NCBI GenBank assembly: GCA_963668025.2
Contig: CAXXTH010000017.1
Location: forward strand, 64,001 to 128,000
Direction of reading: 5' to 3'
DNA from: Candidatus Hydrogenedentota bacterium
GTDB taxonomy: Bacteria > Hydrogenedentota > Hydrogenedentia > Hydrogenedentales > SLHB01
DNA length: 64,000 nt
Numbering within the stretch: the stretch's first letter is position 1; every line of letters begins with the position of its first letter. Below, in pieces: positions 28,307 through 37,673 of this stretch. The position numbers and the translations under genes are program-made. Below the pieces are notes generated by a model that was not told the origin of the DNA, ran no database searches, and saw only the letters and a list, made by a program, of their open reading frames with translations.

Positions 28307-29467
28307 TCAGTCTCCGTGTGGAGCATGCGGTTTTGGCTTACCGCCCGCGTATTCGATGTGGCAGCAGCCTTGGCAAATACAGAAGAGCGACTTTCGGACG
28401 CGCTTGCGAAAGGCGCGCATTGATTCGTTATTCCATAAGCTGGCGATGGAATTCTCACGCACATTGCCTACTTTATGAATAAAACACGGATATACATCGC
28501 CTTGCGCGCCCACGTAGAGATTGGTCCATGCGGAGTGGCAGGTGAACAGGCTGACATCGGAGCCGCCATTATGGTAGCGGAGGATCTCGCGCTGGGGCAT
28601 GTCGGGCAGGCGCAGTTCGATGCCCGCTTCTTCGGCGGCTTCGCGCGTGCGCACGAGGGCCTTTTCGAGCCGCACCGGGTGGATATGGGGCAGCGCCGAC
28701 TCGGCGGGACACAGTGTTTCGGGATTTATTTCGCCCAAACCTTCGAGGCTGGGAAACGTGACTTCCATGGTGAGGTTCAGCGCGTCCACGCCGATGGGTG
28801 CCAGAAGTGCGGGCAGTTCGGGCAAGATATCTAAATTTTCTTCTTGGATCACGGCGGTGACGTGGAGCATGGGGCATGGCTTGCCCGATTCCCGCCGGAA
28901 ACGCGCCAAAGCCTTCAAGCCGTTCATGGTTTGCTCGAAGGCCCCTTCGCGCCCCCGGATGGCGTCATGGCGCTCTCCAATCCCATCGATGCTGACGCCC
29001 AAAAAACACAAGCCACGGCCCGTAAGGTGGCGGGGCGCCAGCTCAACGCAGAACCGCGCGCGGTCCTCATCGAGGAGCGTGCCGTTGCTGATGACATGCG
29101 TGCGGCGGCGCTGGCTGGCATAGGCGAGGATGTCCGCGAAATCTTTCCGCACCCATGGCTCGCCGCCAGTGAAGGTGATGAGGCTCCATGGGCTTGTCTG
29201 ATCAACGAGCCCGCGCCACTCGTCCCCCGAGAGTTCGGCGTCCGCTTGATCTCCGGCGGGATGCCGTTCAAACCAATCCTTATACTGGCACATGCGGCAG
29301 CGTAGATTGCAGCGGCGCGTAACCTCGAAGAAATAGTGCCATGCGGGAAAAGCGTGTCCCGTAGGAACAAAATAATACGGAAATGCGCTATGCAGGCGCA
29401 TGAACCACCGGTAGAGCCGGGCGGAACTCCATTGAAATAAACGTTTTTTAAAAGCCATGGCCTTCAT
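28307..29467 (-). CDS. Radical SAM protein with a SPASM/Twitch domain
   Basis: Motifs CNLRCRMC, TGGEP, VSIDG and HDAIRG, plus C-terminal C...GDVYPC...C..CC. Confidence 0.92.
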   Translation of the reverse strand: MKAMAFKKRLFQWSSARLYRWFMRLHSAFPYYFVPTGHAFPAWHYFFEVTRRCNLRCRMCQYKDWFERHPAGDQADAELSGDEWRGLVDQTSPWSLITFTGGEPWVRKDFADILAYASQRRRTHVISNGTLLDEDRARFCVELAPRHLTGRGLCFLGVSIDGIGERHDAIRGREGAFEQTMNGLKALARFRRESGKPCPMLHVTAVIQEENLDILPELPALLAPIGVDALNLTMEVTFPSLEGLGEINPETLCPAESALPHIHPVRLEKALVRTREAAEEAGIELRLPDMPQREILRYHNGGSDVSLFTCHSAWTNLYVGAQGDVYPCFIHKVGNVRENSIASLWNNESMRAFRKRVRKSLFCICQGCCHIEYAGGKPKPHAPHGD

Positions 29468-29685
29468 CCGTATGTTGCCAATTTTGGGGAGTATACACGA
29501 TGCCATCCAAGAATGCCCCACGTTGCCGAGGCCGCGAGATGAAGCGTAAGGCGGCAACATGATAATAGGGCCATTTATTCAAGTATACGGTTTTCCCCGC
29601 TGCAAAATCACAAATCCTAACTCTACAGGGGGTGCCCTGGATTCATATTCTAAGTGCCTTTTTTTATTTCCACCTTGTTGAAAAA

Positions 29686-31171
29686 CAGGAATTCCCCCAA
29701 GAAATGGTGGTTTATAACTGCAACTAATTGTATTGAATAGAGTTACCCGTCTATAGAAGTGTCCTTGTCGAATTTTGGGGGATCTTTCGTCAAGTTGAAA
29801 CGGCCTCCCTGGTGCGAGAGAATCTTGGTGTGAAAAGCCACAACTCCAACGCAATCAAGGAGGACCGCGGATGAATGCTACCAGAGTTGCTCGAAACTTG
29901 CGAGTTCGCATAGGGCGATTTTCGGGGGATCTCTCGAAAGGCCTTTGTGTAGCGGCCCAACGCTTCGTTTCCCAGATGGTGTACGGCATTCAGGCTTCCG
30001 AATCGGTGCTGCTCACGGAGATAGGCCGAACCCTGGGGGAGGACATTCCCCTGCGCAAAACGCACAACCGGCTATCGAGGAATTTGCAGCGGCCCGAGTT
30101 GGAAGAAACCATCCAGGAAAACGTGCTGCGCATGGCATCGAGCCGGGTGGCGCAGGACACGCTGCTCCTTATTGACCCTTCGGATCTTTCCAAGAAGTAC
30201 GCCCAAAAGATGGAGTATATGGCCACGGTGCATGACGGCAGCGCGCACGATTTGGCCCAGGGGTATTGGACGCTTCACATCGCCGGGTGCGGGGTGGATT
30301 CCGATGGCATGATTCCATTGTATCAGCGGTTATGGTCCGCCGATGCGCCGGGCTTTACCAGCGAGAATGACGAGATTTTGCGCGGGATAGATGCGGTGGC
30401 GGCGCACGTGGGCCGCCGTGGCTTGTGGGTCATGGACCGTGGCGGAGACCGCATCCACCTGCTTGATGCCTTGCTGGACCGCCAGCTACGGTTTCTTTTC
30501 CGACTGGTGGGCAACCGGAATGTGCTTCACAAAGGACAGTTGATGCTGGCGGAGGAAGCCGCGGGCAAATGCCCCATGATGCACTCCCAAACCATAGCAC
30601 GCATCGAAGAGGGAGAAGAGAAGGTGTACACCTTGCATTTTGGATATTGCGGAATCCGCCTGCCCGAACGTCCAGAACCCCTGTATTTACTGGTGATTCG
30701 CGGTTTTGGAGCCAAACCCCTCCTGTTGCTGACCAATGAGCCTCTGTCCAAAAGCTACAAATGCCTGTGGCGCATGGTCCGCGCCTACCTCAAACGATGG
30801 AGTATCGAAGAAACCATTCGCTACGCCAAGACCTGCTATGACCTCGAGAACGTCCGGGTGCTGAACTACCAAGGCCTGCAAAACTTAATGCCGCTGGTGT
30901 TGGCCGCGATGTATTTCGCGGCCTGCGTGCTCGACAACGATTCCCGCTTACGGGTGATGGCTGGTTTTGTAGAAAAGGCCGCCAAACGCCTCTTCGGCAT
31001 CCCTGATTTCAAGTACTACGCCCTCGCCGACGGATTGCGCGCCATCCTCACACGCTGCCCGGGAGCCCCCGTGACGCCCTGTACAATCTCCCAAACAGTC
31101 CCAGATGGCCCTGTTTGCATTCGATTCCTCATGAAAGCAGTTCCCCTATGAATATTTTGGGGGAACTCCTG
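29686..31171 (+). mobile_element. IS4-superfamily insertion sequence
   Basis: TIRs CAGGAATTCCCCCAA (29686) and TTGGGGGAACTCCTG (to 31171). No TSD seen. Confidence 0.85.
29871..31151 (+). CDS. IS4-like DDE transposase
   Basis: Motifs LIDPSD, VMDRGGD, LLLLTN and the Y-R-E-K signature YLKRWSIEETIRYAK. Confidence 0.9.
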   Translation: MNATRVARNLRVRIGRFSGDLSKGLCVAAQRFVSQMVYGIQASESVLLTEIGRTLGEDIPLRKTHNRLSRNLQRPELEETIQENVLRMASSRVAQDTLLLIDPSDLSKKYAQKMEYMATVHDGSAHDLAQGYWTLHIAGCGVDSDGMIPLYQRLWSADAPGFTSENDEILRGIDAVAAHVGRRGLWVMDRGGDRIHLLDALLDRQLRFLFRLVGNRNVLHKGQLMLAEEAAGKCPMMHSQTIARIEEGEEKVYTLHFGYCGIRLPERPEPLYLLVIRGFGAKPLLLLTNEPLSKSYKCLWRMVRAYLKRWSIEETIRYAKTCYDLENVRVLNYQGLQNLMPLVLAAMYFAACVLDNDSRLRVMAGFVEKAAKRLFGIPDFKYYALADGLRAILTRCPGAPVTPCTISQTVPDGPVCIRFLMKAVPL

Positions 31172-31211
31172 GCGCTTTTTACACTTGACAAAAAACAGAT
31201 TAACAGATTAT

Positions 31212-31767
31212 CTTGTATCCACGTCCAAAATCCAAGGCTCATAAAGCAACGGCTCATAACAGCGGCGCAGGTGCTTCTGTAGCCAGCCCGCGCAGGCTTC
31301 CCCGTCCGCCAGTATAAATGCCCGCCGCGCCGAGGAGGCGCTCATGATCTTGCTCATCCCCCAGCAAGCCCGGGTTCACCGCGTCGTAACGGACCGCGTC
31401 AATGTGCGCATAGCGCGTGTGGCCCGCCAGCACTGATAAAAATAGCGTGCCCAGCACATCCCTCTTGCGCGGCGCATTATTGCTGGCGGACGCCAGCGGA
31501 CAGTCCTCCACCCACGCTTCAAAAAGCTCCGCCGTCTTGAGAAAATCGATAAAGAACGCCAACTGGCCAAACGGCGTCGTTGCCGCCTCCCGGTCCCATT
31601 CCACATGCACCCGGCCCCCGTAGCTATCTACGAAAATCGGCGCCTCCAAAGACAACCATTCCTCCTCTCCCAATGGGGGAGCATCTTGCTGTTGCGATTC
31701 TGTTTCCATGTTCATTATCTTGAACTACTTCCAGCTCGACACTCAAGATTCAACTGGCGTTTTTAGG
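31212..31767 (-). pseudogene. Truncated, frameshifted IS1380-family copy (left end plus 5' part of the transposase)
   Basis: Aligns by eye to 61916-62470 with a few substitutions and one extra base near 31358. Retains the TIR ...CTGGCGTTTTTAGG. Confidence 0.9.
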
Positions 31768-31897
31768 TTGAATAGCCCATCTGGCTTGGATGGGATGCAG
31801 CGGTGAAGAACCGCTTTTTTTTCGCGTAGAAGCAGTTGAATGAGTTGAGGATGCGCCGGTGCGGGGAGTTTTTTCTTCGCATCGGCGCTTTTTTTTG

Positions 31898-31933
31898 TTG
31901 ACTTCTGGTACGGAAGTATATATACTTCCGTAC
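31898..31933 (+). promoter_or_regulatory. Promoter overlapped by a 26-bp perfect palindrome
   Basis: TTGACT-17-TATACT. The palindrome GTACGGAAGTATATATACTTCCGTAC (31908-31933) abuts ATG 31934. Confidence 0.75.
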
Positions 31934-32281
31934 ATGGAAGGGAAACCTGTCACGAACTCGGCGGGACGCAAGGTCCAGGCGCGCCTGGCGCGTCTGGGGC
32001 CCTTTCTTCCCGCCACGCTCACCATCACCCGCAGCCGCTGCGGGAACCCGCGCTGCCGGTGCGTCCAGGAAGGGCCGATCCATGAAACGGCCCTGCTGAC
32101 GTGGAAGGAGGGCGGGAAGACCCGCACCCTCCACGTGCCCCGTGAATTGCGCCGCGAAGTGGCGCAATGGATTGAGGAATGGAAAAAGCTCAAGAAGCTC
32201 GTCGAGGCCATGGGCGCGGCCCAACGGCAGTTCCTGCAAACCCGCAAGAAGAGCATCCGGAAATCATCCGGGCCTTCTTGA
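31934..32281 (+). CDS. DUF6788 family IS accessory protein
   Basis: Motif RCGNPRCRC..G..H...LTWKEGGKTRTLHVP. Confidence 0.8.
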   Translation: MEGKPVTNSAGRKVQARLARLGPFLPATLTITRSRCGNPRCRCVQEGPIHETALLTWKEGGKTRTLHVPRELRREVAQWIEEWKKLKKLVEAMGAAQRQFLQTRKKSIRKSSGPS

Positions 32282-33615
32282 GGACGTTCACCCACTTCTT
32301 TGGCCCGGTGCGCAAGCGCTTTGCGGGCTTGCCCGATCCCCGCAAACCCGAGCAAGCCGGCGACGTGGACTACAGTGTCGCGTCGCTGGTGTTCTTGGGA
32401 GTGCTGATGTTCGCATGCCGGCTCGGGGCGCGCCGGCAAGTCCGCCTGCAGTTGTACACGACGTTCATGGTCCATCTGTACAAGGTCTTGTTTGACGTGG
32501 ACAGCGTGCCGCATGGCGATACGATGAACGGGGTATTTCGCGGTTTGCCGTTCGAGGCGGTCCAGGAACTCGTTTCCGGCATGACGCAGACGCTCATCGA
32601 CAAGAAGGTGTTGTACCCCCACCGCCTGTTCGGGCGCTACTACGTGGCGGCCATCGACGCCACGGGGACACGCAGTTATGATCATCGCCACTGCGCCCAT
32701 TGCCTCACGCGCAAGCACAAGAGCGGCAAGATCACCTACTACCATCCCGTGCTGGAGTCCAAGATCGTCACGCCAAACGGGTGGGTCTTTTCGCTCATGA
32801 CGGAGTTCATTGAGAATCCAGAGAAAGACCTGGCGAAAAGCGAGCAACAACGCAAGCAGGATTGCGAGACCAAAGCCTTCTACCGGCTGGCCCCACGCCT
32901 GCATGCCCGATTCCCCCGCTTGCCGCTGCTGTTGGCGATGGACGGCCTGTACGCCACGGGACCGGTGTTTCGGCTGTGCCAGCAATATGGCTGGAAGTTC
33001 ATGATTACGCTCACGGACGGCCAATTGGCCACCGTGAACGAAGAATTCGAGAGCCTCGCGGCCGCGACGCCCGAAAACCAGCTTACGTGGCGTTGCGGCA
33101 ACAAGAAGGAAATCCACCAGCAGTTTCGCTGGGTCAACGACATCCCCTACCGCGATTCCGAGCGGCGTGAACACATCCTGTCCGTGCTCGAATGCGTGGA
33201 CACCCGCCCGGACGCGGAAGGCATGATAAAGAAAACCAAGTTCAAATGGGTGACCAACGTATCCGTATCCGCGCACAATGCGGCCGCCTTGGCCAATGAA
33301 GGAGGACGCTTACGCTGGAAGATTGAAAATGAAGCATTCAACGTGCAGAAAAACGGCGGCTACAACCTCGAACACGCCTATACCCAAAACGAACAGGCCA
33401 GCAAGATCTACTACCTCTTGATGCAGATAGCCCATCTGCTCATGCAACTCCTGGAGGATGGCAGCCTTCTGGCCGCCCACTTTCCAAAAGGCTTTGGCTC
33501 CGCCAGAAACCTTGCCCATCGCCTCCTCGAAGCCCTGCGCAACGCCACCCTGTCCCGCGAACAATATGACGCCCTCTGCACCGAGGCCATCCAGATCCGC
33601 TTCAGTTCCGCATAG
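32179..33615 (+). CDS. DDE transposase (start uncertain, overlaps the upstream ORF)
   Basis: Motifs LPDPR, PHGDT, AIDATG, KQDCETKAF.RL, MDGLYA and RLRWKIENEAFN..K. Confidence 0.9.
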   Translation: MEKAQEARRGHGRGPTAVPANPQEEHPEIIRAFLRTFTHFFGPVRKRFAGLPDPRKPEQAGDVDYSVASLVFLGVLMFACRLGARRQVRLQLYTTFMVHLYKVLFDVDSVPHGDTMNGVFRGLPFEAVQELVSGMTQTLIDKKVLYPHRLFGRYYVAAIDATGTRSYDHRHCAHCLTRKHKSGKITYYHPVLESKIVTPNGWVFSLMTEFIENPEKDLAKSEQQRKQDCETKAFYRLAPRLHARFPRLPLLLAMDGLYATGPVFRLCQQYGWKFMITLTDGQLATVNEEFESLAAATPENQLTWRCGNKKEIHQQFRWVNDIPYRDSERREHILSVLECVDTRPDAEGMIKKTKFKWVTNVSVSAHNAAALANEGGRLRWKIENEAFNVQKNGGYNLEHAYTQNEQASKIYYLLMQIAHLLMQLLEDGSLLAAHFPKGFGSARNLAHRLLEALRNATLSREQYDALCTEAIQIRFSSA

Positions 33616-34076
33616 GGCGCCCGCGCGTTCCCGGTTGCGCCGCCGCCCTACACGTCTCGCCCATCCATTCACCGGCTTTACGCACAGCCGCTGCCCCTCC
33701 TGTCGCCTGTCGGCCTCGCCACCCCCCGTCTAACCCGCATCACCTCAACGCCTGACCCTGGGGCGCCGCTATTCTTCACCGCTGGATGGGATGCCGCATA
33801 CTTGCCGTGGCGGCATGAACCAGGGTATCCTTGTGCATGGTTTGTTTTATGACTAAAGCTAGGCCGCTATAAAAAACAGCGGATCTGAAACCAGGGGGAA
33901 TCACGTTGAAACATATTCATACGATTGCGAAACAGCCGCCCATGCGCGCCTATTATGTGGATCAAGGCCCATTCATGGATTTTCTCGCCAAAGCGCTGCC
34001 CTTCGCACTGGATATAGCGACACAGGACAAGCAAACGGCGTAGGCGCATGCGAGAAGGCATGCGCCTTTCCGGCGC

Positions 34077-35057
34077 TTACTCTTCGGTTCGGTGAATTAC
34101 TTTGCGGAGCTGGTGGGCTTTTTTGCGCGCATGTGCGTTAGCGGGGTCAATTTGGAGGATCGACTCCATGATTCCGAGCGCACGCACATAGTCATGTCGT
34201 TTGATATGCTGGACGCCAATATTGTAATGGGTCGCAAGCAATTTGCGCTGCACACGCCCGCATAACGGATGTTTGTGTTTCGCCATGTCATATTGCTCGA
34301 GCGCGGCTTCATAATTGCGCGTCTCAAAGAAGAAATCACCCATGGTCTCCTCTTGAGACAGATCGCTGCCGCGCAAGGCGGACGCCCGCTCTTCCTTGCG
34401 CCGCGCCACCATCCGGGCGTATTCCTCTGTCGAGTATACACCCGAGATCGCTGTCTTCTCGACCAGTGCGCTGACGGTATTCGTGGATTGATCTTTCAAA
34501 AAAACGGCAAAGCGTGCGGCGTTCGGGTCGGACTGGTGCAGCAGATAACCATGCAGCACATCGCCATCATTAAATTCCACGACCACTTCCCGCCCCAGAT
34601 TTTCTGCTTGCACATAACTCTGGGTGCGGTCAAACTCACCATCTACACTTTTCACGTGCAAAATGGCTTTCAGATCCTTGAAGTGTACTTGCTTGGACTC
34701 GCTGGTCACCCGGCCTTGCATATCCACCCGGTCTAAATAGAACGAGTCATTGCGCGGATTGAGGTTATAACAGACTCCATACTCCGTGTGTCCATCCGAA
34801 TACCGCACGCAGAAGATTTGCCGGTGATGACGCGTTCGGTTATCTTCCGCGTGTTTATCTTCTTCTGGCTGGGCTTGTTCTTTATGCTCGCGCCAGCGCT
34901 GGAGCAATTTATCCGCCAAGCCTGCCTGGTGTATGTCGATGACAATCAAGCCCGCGGAACCGATCTCGTGCAGCGCATCCGCCTCATGGGGAGCCTCAAT
35001 AAGCCCCGAGCACTCTTTGCCTTCTCGATCTACGGCCTTATACGCGAATCTCGGCAC
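34077..35057 (-). CDS. Hypothetical protein with PilC/GspF-like N-terminus, duplicated DUF6982-like module and TPRs
   Basis: N-terminus MPRFAYKAVDREGK...GLIEA, repeats VRYSDG..EYG and VEFNDG..LHG, and C-terminal TPR-like helices. Confidence 0.7.
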   Translation of the reverse strand: MPRFAYKAVDREGKECSGLIEAPHEADALHEIGSAGLIVIDIHQAGLADKLLQRWREHKEQAQPEEDKHAEDNRTRHHRQIFCVRYSDGHTEYGVCYNLNPRNDSFYLDRVDMQGRVTSESKQVHFKDLKAILHVKSVDGEFDRTQSYVQAENLGREVVVEFNDGDVLHGYLLHQSDPNAARFAVFLKDQSTNTVSALVEKTAISGVYSTEEYARMVARRKEERASALRGSDLSQEETMGDFFFETRNYEAALEQYDMAKHKHPLCGRVQRKLLATHYNIGVQHIKRHDYVRALGIMESILQIDPANAHARKKAHQLRKVIHRTEE

Positions 35058-35381
35058 GGCGCACCTCCTTCACCACCGCGAAACCCCTGAATGGCGCGTT
35101 ACTCGCCGAATCAGGTTTAGCGGTATCTCTAATAAAATCACTATTTATACTTTACCATCCCTTCTCTGGCTTGTCAAAAACGCGCAAATCACGCATTATG
35201 AAACCCTTGGAATGCTGCAAAGGTTCCCGCGACTTACTGTTTCTCCTTTCTATCCATTTTACAGTTGAAACGATTTGCTCATCTGATTTACCGTGTCGCG
35301 CACGCATATCGCTCGATGAAGAACATGGAACAGCGTCCGCAACCAAAGAGCGGATTTTAAGAAAACTAAATACACTAAGAT

Positions 35382-35411
35382 TTGTAGGGTGGGGCTTGCC
35401 CCACCGCTCAA
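35382..35411 (+). repeat. GTAG-type REP-like palindrome, copy 2
   Basis: TTGTAGGGTGGGGCTTGCCCCACCGCTCAA, one mismatch to the 12859 copy. Confidence 0.75.
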
Positions 35412-35533
35412 GGAATACGCCTATGTAGTCCAGATATAACTATTTGATAAGCAATGCTTTATCATGTAAATCCATGCAAGAAAACAACATTCAGGCAGAT
35501 AGTAATACGAAATAGCAGGAAGGACTACATACC

Positions 35534-36577
35534 ATGCAGAAACTCAGATGTGGCGTTATCGGCCTAGGCATGGGGCGGTTCCATGTGGCAGGATATATCA
35601 GCCATCCCAACGCCGAGGTCGTGTCGATTGCCGACATGTCGCGGGAACGGCTCGACGAGATTGGAGAAATACACCATATCGGTGCGCGCTATACCGATGC
35701 GGAGGAGATGCTCCAGAAAGAATCGCTGGATATCGTGAGCGTGGCCACGCCTAACGCCTATCACAAGCCGTTGACATTGGCGGCGTTTAAAGCAGGCTGC
35801 CATGTGATTTGCGAAAAGCCGATGGCCTTGAATGCCCGGGAAGGCAAGGCCATGGTTGAAGCCGCCAAAAAGGCCGGTAAACGCCTTATGATCAATTTCA
35901 GCTACCGCTTTTATAATCAATCCTGGGCGCTCAAGCAGCAAGTCGAGGCCGGATTACTCGGCAAGGTCTACTACGCGACCACGCAATGGCATCGCAGGCG
36001 CGGCATTCCCACCATGGGGAGCCATTTCACCACGAAGGCCCTTTCCGGCGGCGGGCCGCTGATCGACCTAGGCGTCCATCGGCTCGATCTCGCGTTGTGG
36101 CTCATGGGTTATCCCAAGCCCGTGTGGGTCATGGGCGGCGCGTATGACCCCATCGCCCGGGAACTGGCGCTGCAAACAAACAAGACCTACGACGTGGAAG
36201 ATTTCGCCGCCGGGCAAGTGCGCTTCGAAGATGGCGCGACACTGACCATCGAGGCGTCATGGGCGTCGAACCGGTTTGAAAACGAGCATATGGAAACGCG
36301 CTTGTATGGCGATAAAGGCGGGCTCGTGCAGCACAACATCAATCAAGACTACCAGTTCGAAGCGGAAATGTTCATGGAAAAAATGGGCAGCCAATTGGAT
36401 GTTAAAGTCCATTCCGTAGGGGATTGCCCCCCCTCGGCCATGCACCACTTCGTGGACTGCATCGTGAACGATAAGCCCCACACCGCTACGGGGGAAGAAG
36501 CCCTTATTGTGCAGGAAATCCTGGATGCGATTTACGCCAGCGCCCAGAAGGGCGCGCCGGTGCGCATCAAGTCCTAG
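35534..36577 (+). CDS. Gfo/Idh/MocA family oxidoreductase
   Basis: Motifs GVIGLGMG, ATPN..H, CEKPM and GGGPLIDLGVH. Confidence 0.92.
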   Translation: MQKLRCGVIGLGMGRFHVAGYISHPNAEVVSIADMSRERLDEIGEIHHIGARYTDAEEMLQKESLDIVSVATPNAYHKPLTLAAFKAGCHVICEKPMALNAREGKAMVEAAKKAGKRLMINFSYRFYNQSWALKQQVEAGLLGKVYYATTQWHRRRGIPTMGSHFTTKALSGGGPLIDLGVHRLDLALWLMGYPKPVWVMGGAYDPIARELALQTNKTYDVEDFAAGQVRFEDGATLTIEASWASNRFENEHMETRLYGDKGGLVQHNINQDYQFEAEMFMEKMGSQLDVKVHSVGDCPPSAMHHFVDCIVNDKPHTATGEEALIVQEILDAIYASAQKGAPVRIKS

Positions 36578-36644
36578 CAGGCCGCCATTCCAGGAGCGGC
36601 CCCGCCTCTGCTAAAATGGCCGCCTGGATTTGGGATGATATGGG

Positions 36645-37598
36645 ATGACCTATCGGCGGCGGATAGTATGGTCGGCTGTGGCGGCCCTGGCGCTCCATGT
36701 GATGTTTCTCATATGGGCTGCCTGGGCCGTTACCTGGACTCCTGCGCTGCCGGGGCGCATGGTCCGGGAAGAGCCCCTCGTGCTCAATTTGAAACCGCCC
36801 CAGCCGCCCAAACGGCTTATCGATACGCAAGTGGCCTCCGAGGAACCCATCGATCCGCGCACGGATCTCATCTCGGACAAGAATTCCAAGGCCAGCGATA
36901 GGTCCGGCATCGAAGGAGAACGCCCCGCGCCGCACATGGACAAGGAGTCTGGCTTTGACGAACTCGGAGGCGTGGCCGCACCGCCCACACCGCCGGTTCC
37001 CGTCGTAAAACCTGCTCCTCCCGCGCCTGCTCCTGGACCGCCCGCGCCCAAGCCTGCTCCTGAAAAACAAGCTTCCCCCTCTAAAAGCACGGTCGTAGCG
37101 AAAGAACCCGCGCCAAAACCTGCCGCACAGGATGAGTCTCAGGCAGAACGCTTCGATGTAGCCCGGGCGGAACCTACTCCGCCCGAAGCGGCCCCATCCC
37201 TCCCTCCTGCCCCAGCGAAACGGACCGCCACGCTGGAAGGGCGTCCGCAGGGCGGAGTATCCGACAGAGGCTTCGTGGGCTTCGAGGCGTACAAAGATGA
37301 GCTGGCTCCCTATCTCAAAAACATCCGCAGCCGCGTCGAAGGCCAATGGAAGGCCGCGCTGCAATTGCGGTATTCCGGCACGGAGCCCACCGAGGCCGTG
37401 CTCAATTGCGCCATTTCCCCCGATGGCCGCCTGGTGTCCGTCGATATCATCGAGCCTGGCAATTCGCCCACCTATGCCGCCCTATGCAAAATGGCGATGG
37501 AACGCGCCGCACCTTTCGGGCCTTTCCCTTTTAAAGTGCCAGAGATCTACCGCTCACAGAATCTGGAAATCCACTGGACCTTTTCATTCTTCAAATAG
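36645..37598 (+). CDS. TonB/TolA-like energy transducer
   Basis: N-terminal TM containing ALHV, a Pro-rich linker and a TonB-C-like end (ISPDG...AAPFGPFP). Confidence 0.8.
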   Translation: MTYRRRIVWSAVAALALHVMFLIWAAWAVTWTPALPGRMVREEPLVLNLKPPQPPKRLIDTQVASEEPIDPRTDLISDKNSKASDRSGIEGERPAPHMDKESGFDELGGVAAPPTPPVPVVKPAPPAPAPGPPAPKPAPEKQASPSKSTVVAKEPAPKPAAQDESQAERFDVARAEPTPPEAAPSLPPAPAKRTATLEGRPQGGVSDRGFVGFEAYKDELAPYLKNIRSRVEGQWKAALQLRYSGTEPTEAVLNCAISPDGRLVSVDIIEPGNSPTYAALCKMAMERAAPFGPFPFKVPEIYRSQNLEIHWTFSFFK

Positions 37599-37616
37599 CG
37601 GCGCAAGGCCGTCGGC

Positions 37617-37673
37617 TTGACAGCCCGGCAGAAACAAGGTATAACTATACATATGAACAGCAATGCATACGTT
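37617..37673 (+). promoter_or_regulatory. sigma70 promoter and SmtB/ArsR-type operator
   Basis: TTGACA-17-TATAAC. The imperfect palindrome TACATATGAACAGCAATGCATACGTT covers the start codon and resembles SmtB boxes. Confidence 0.7.

Larger units (their letters stand above)
31798..33784 (+). mobile_element. Two-ORF DDE insertion sequence (ISAs1/IS4-related, family uncertain)
   Basis: 13-bp perfect TIR CAGCGGTGAAGAA / TTCTTCACCGCTG. 9-bp TSD GATGGGATG at 31789-31797 and 33785-33793. Confidence 0.92.

Noticed and set aside
27108-28478. Long antisense ORFs (27108-28478 +, 31750-33276 -, 48298-49368 + and similar)
   Set aside because: These are shadow frames opposite well-supported genes, as expected in GC-rich DNA.
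28307-29467. Radical SAM/SPASM protein as a RiPP maturase
   Set aside because: No precursor peptide, RRE/PqqD domain or exporter is visible nearby.
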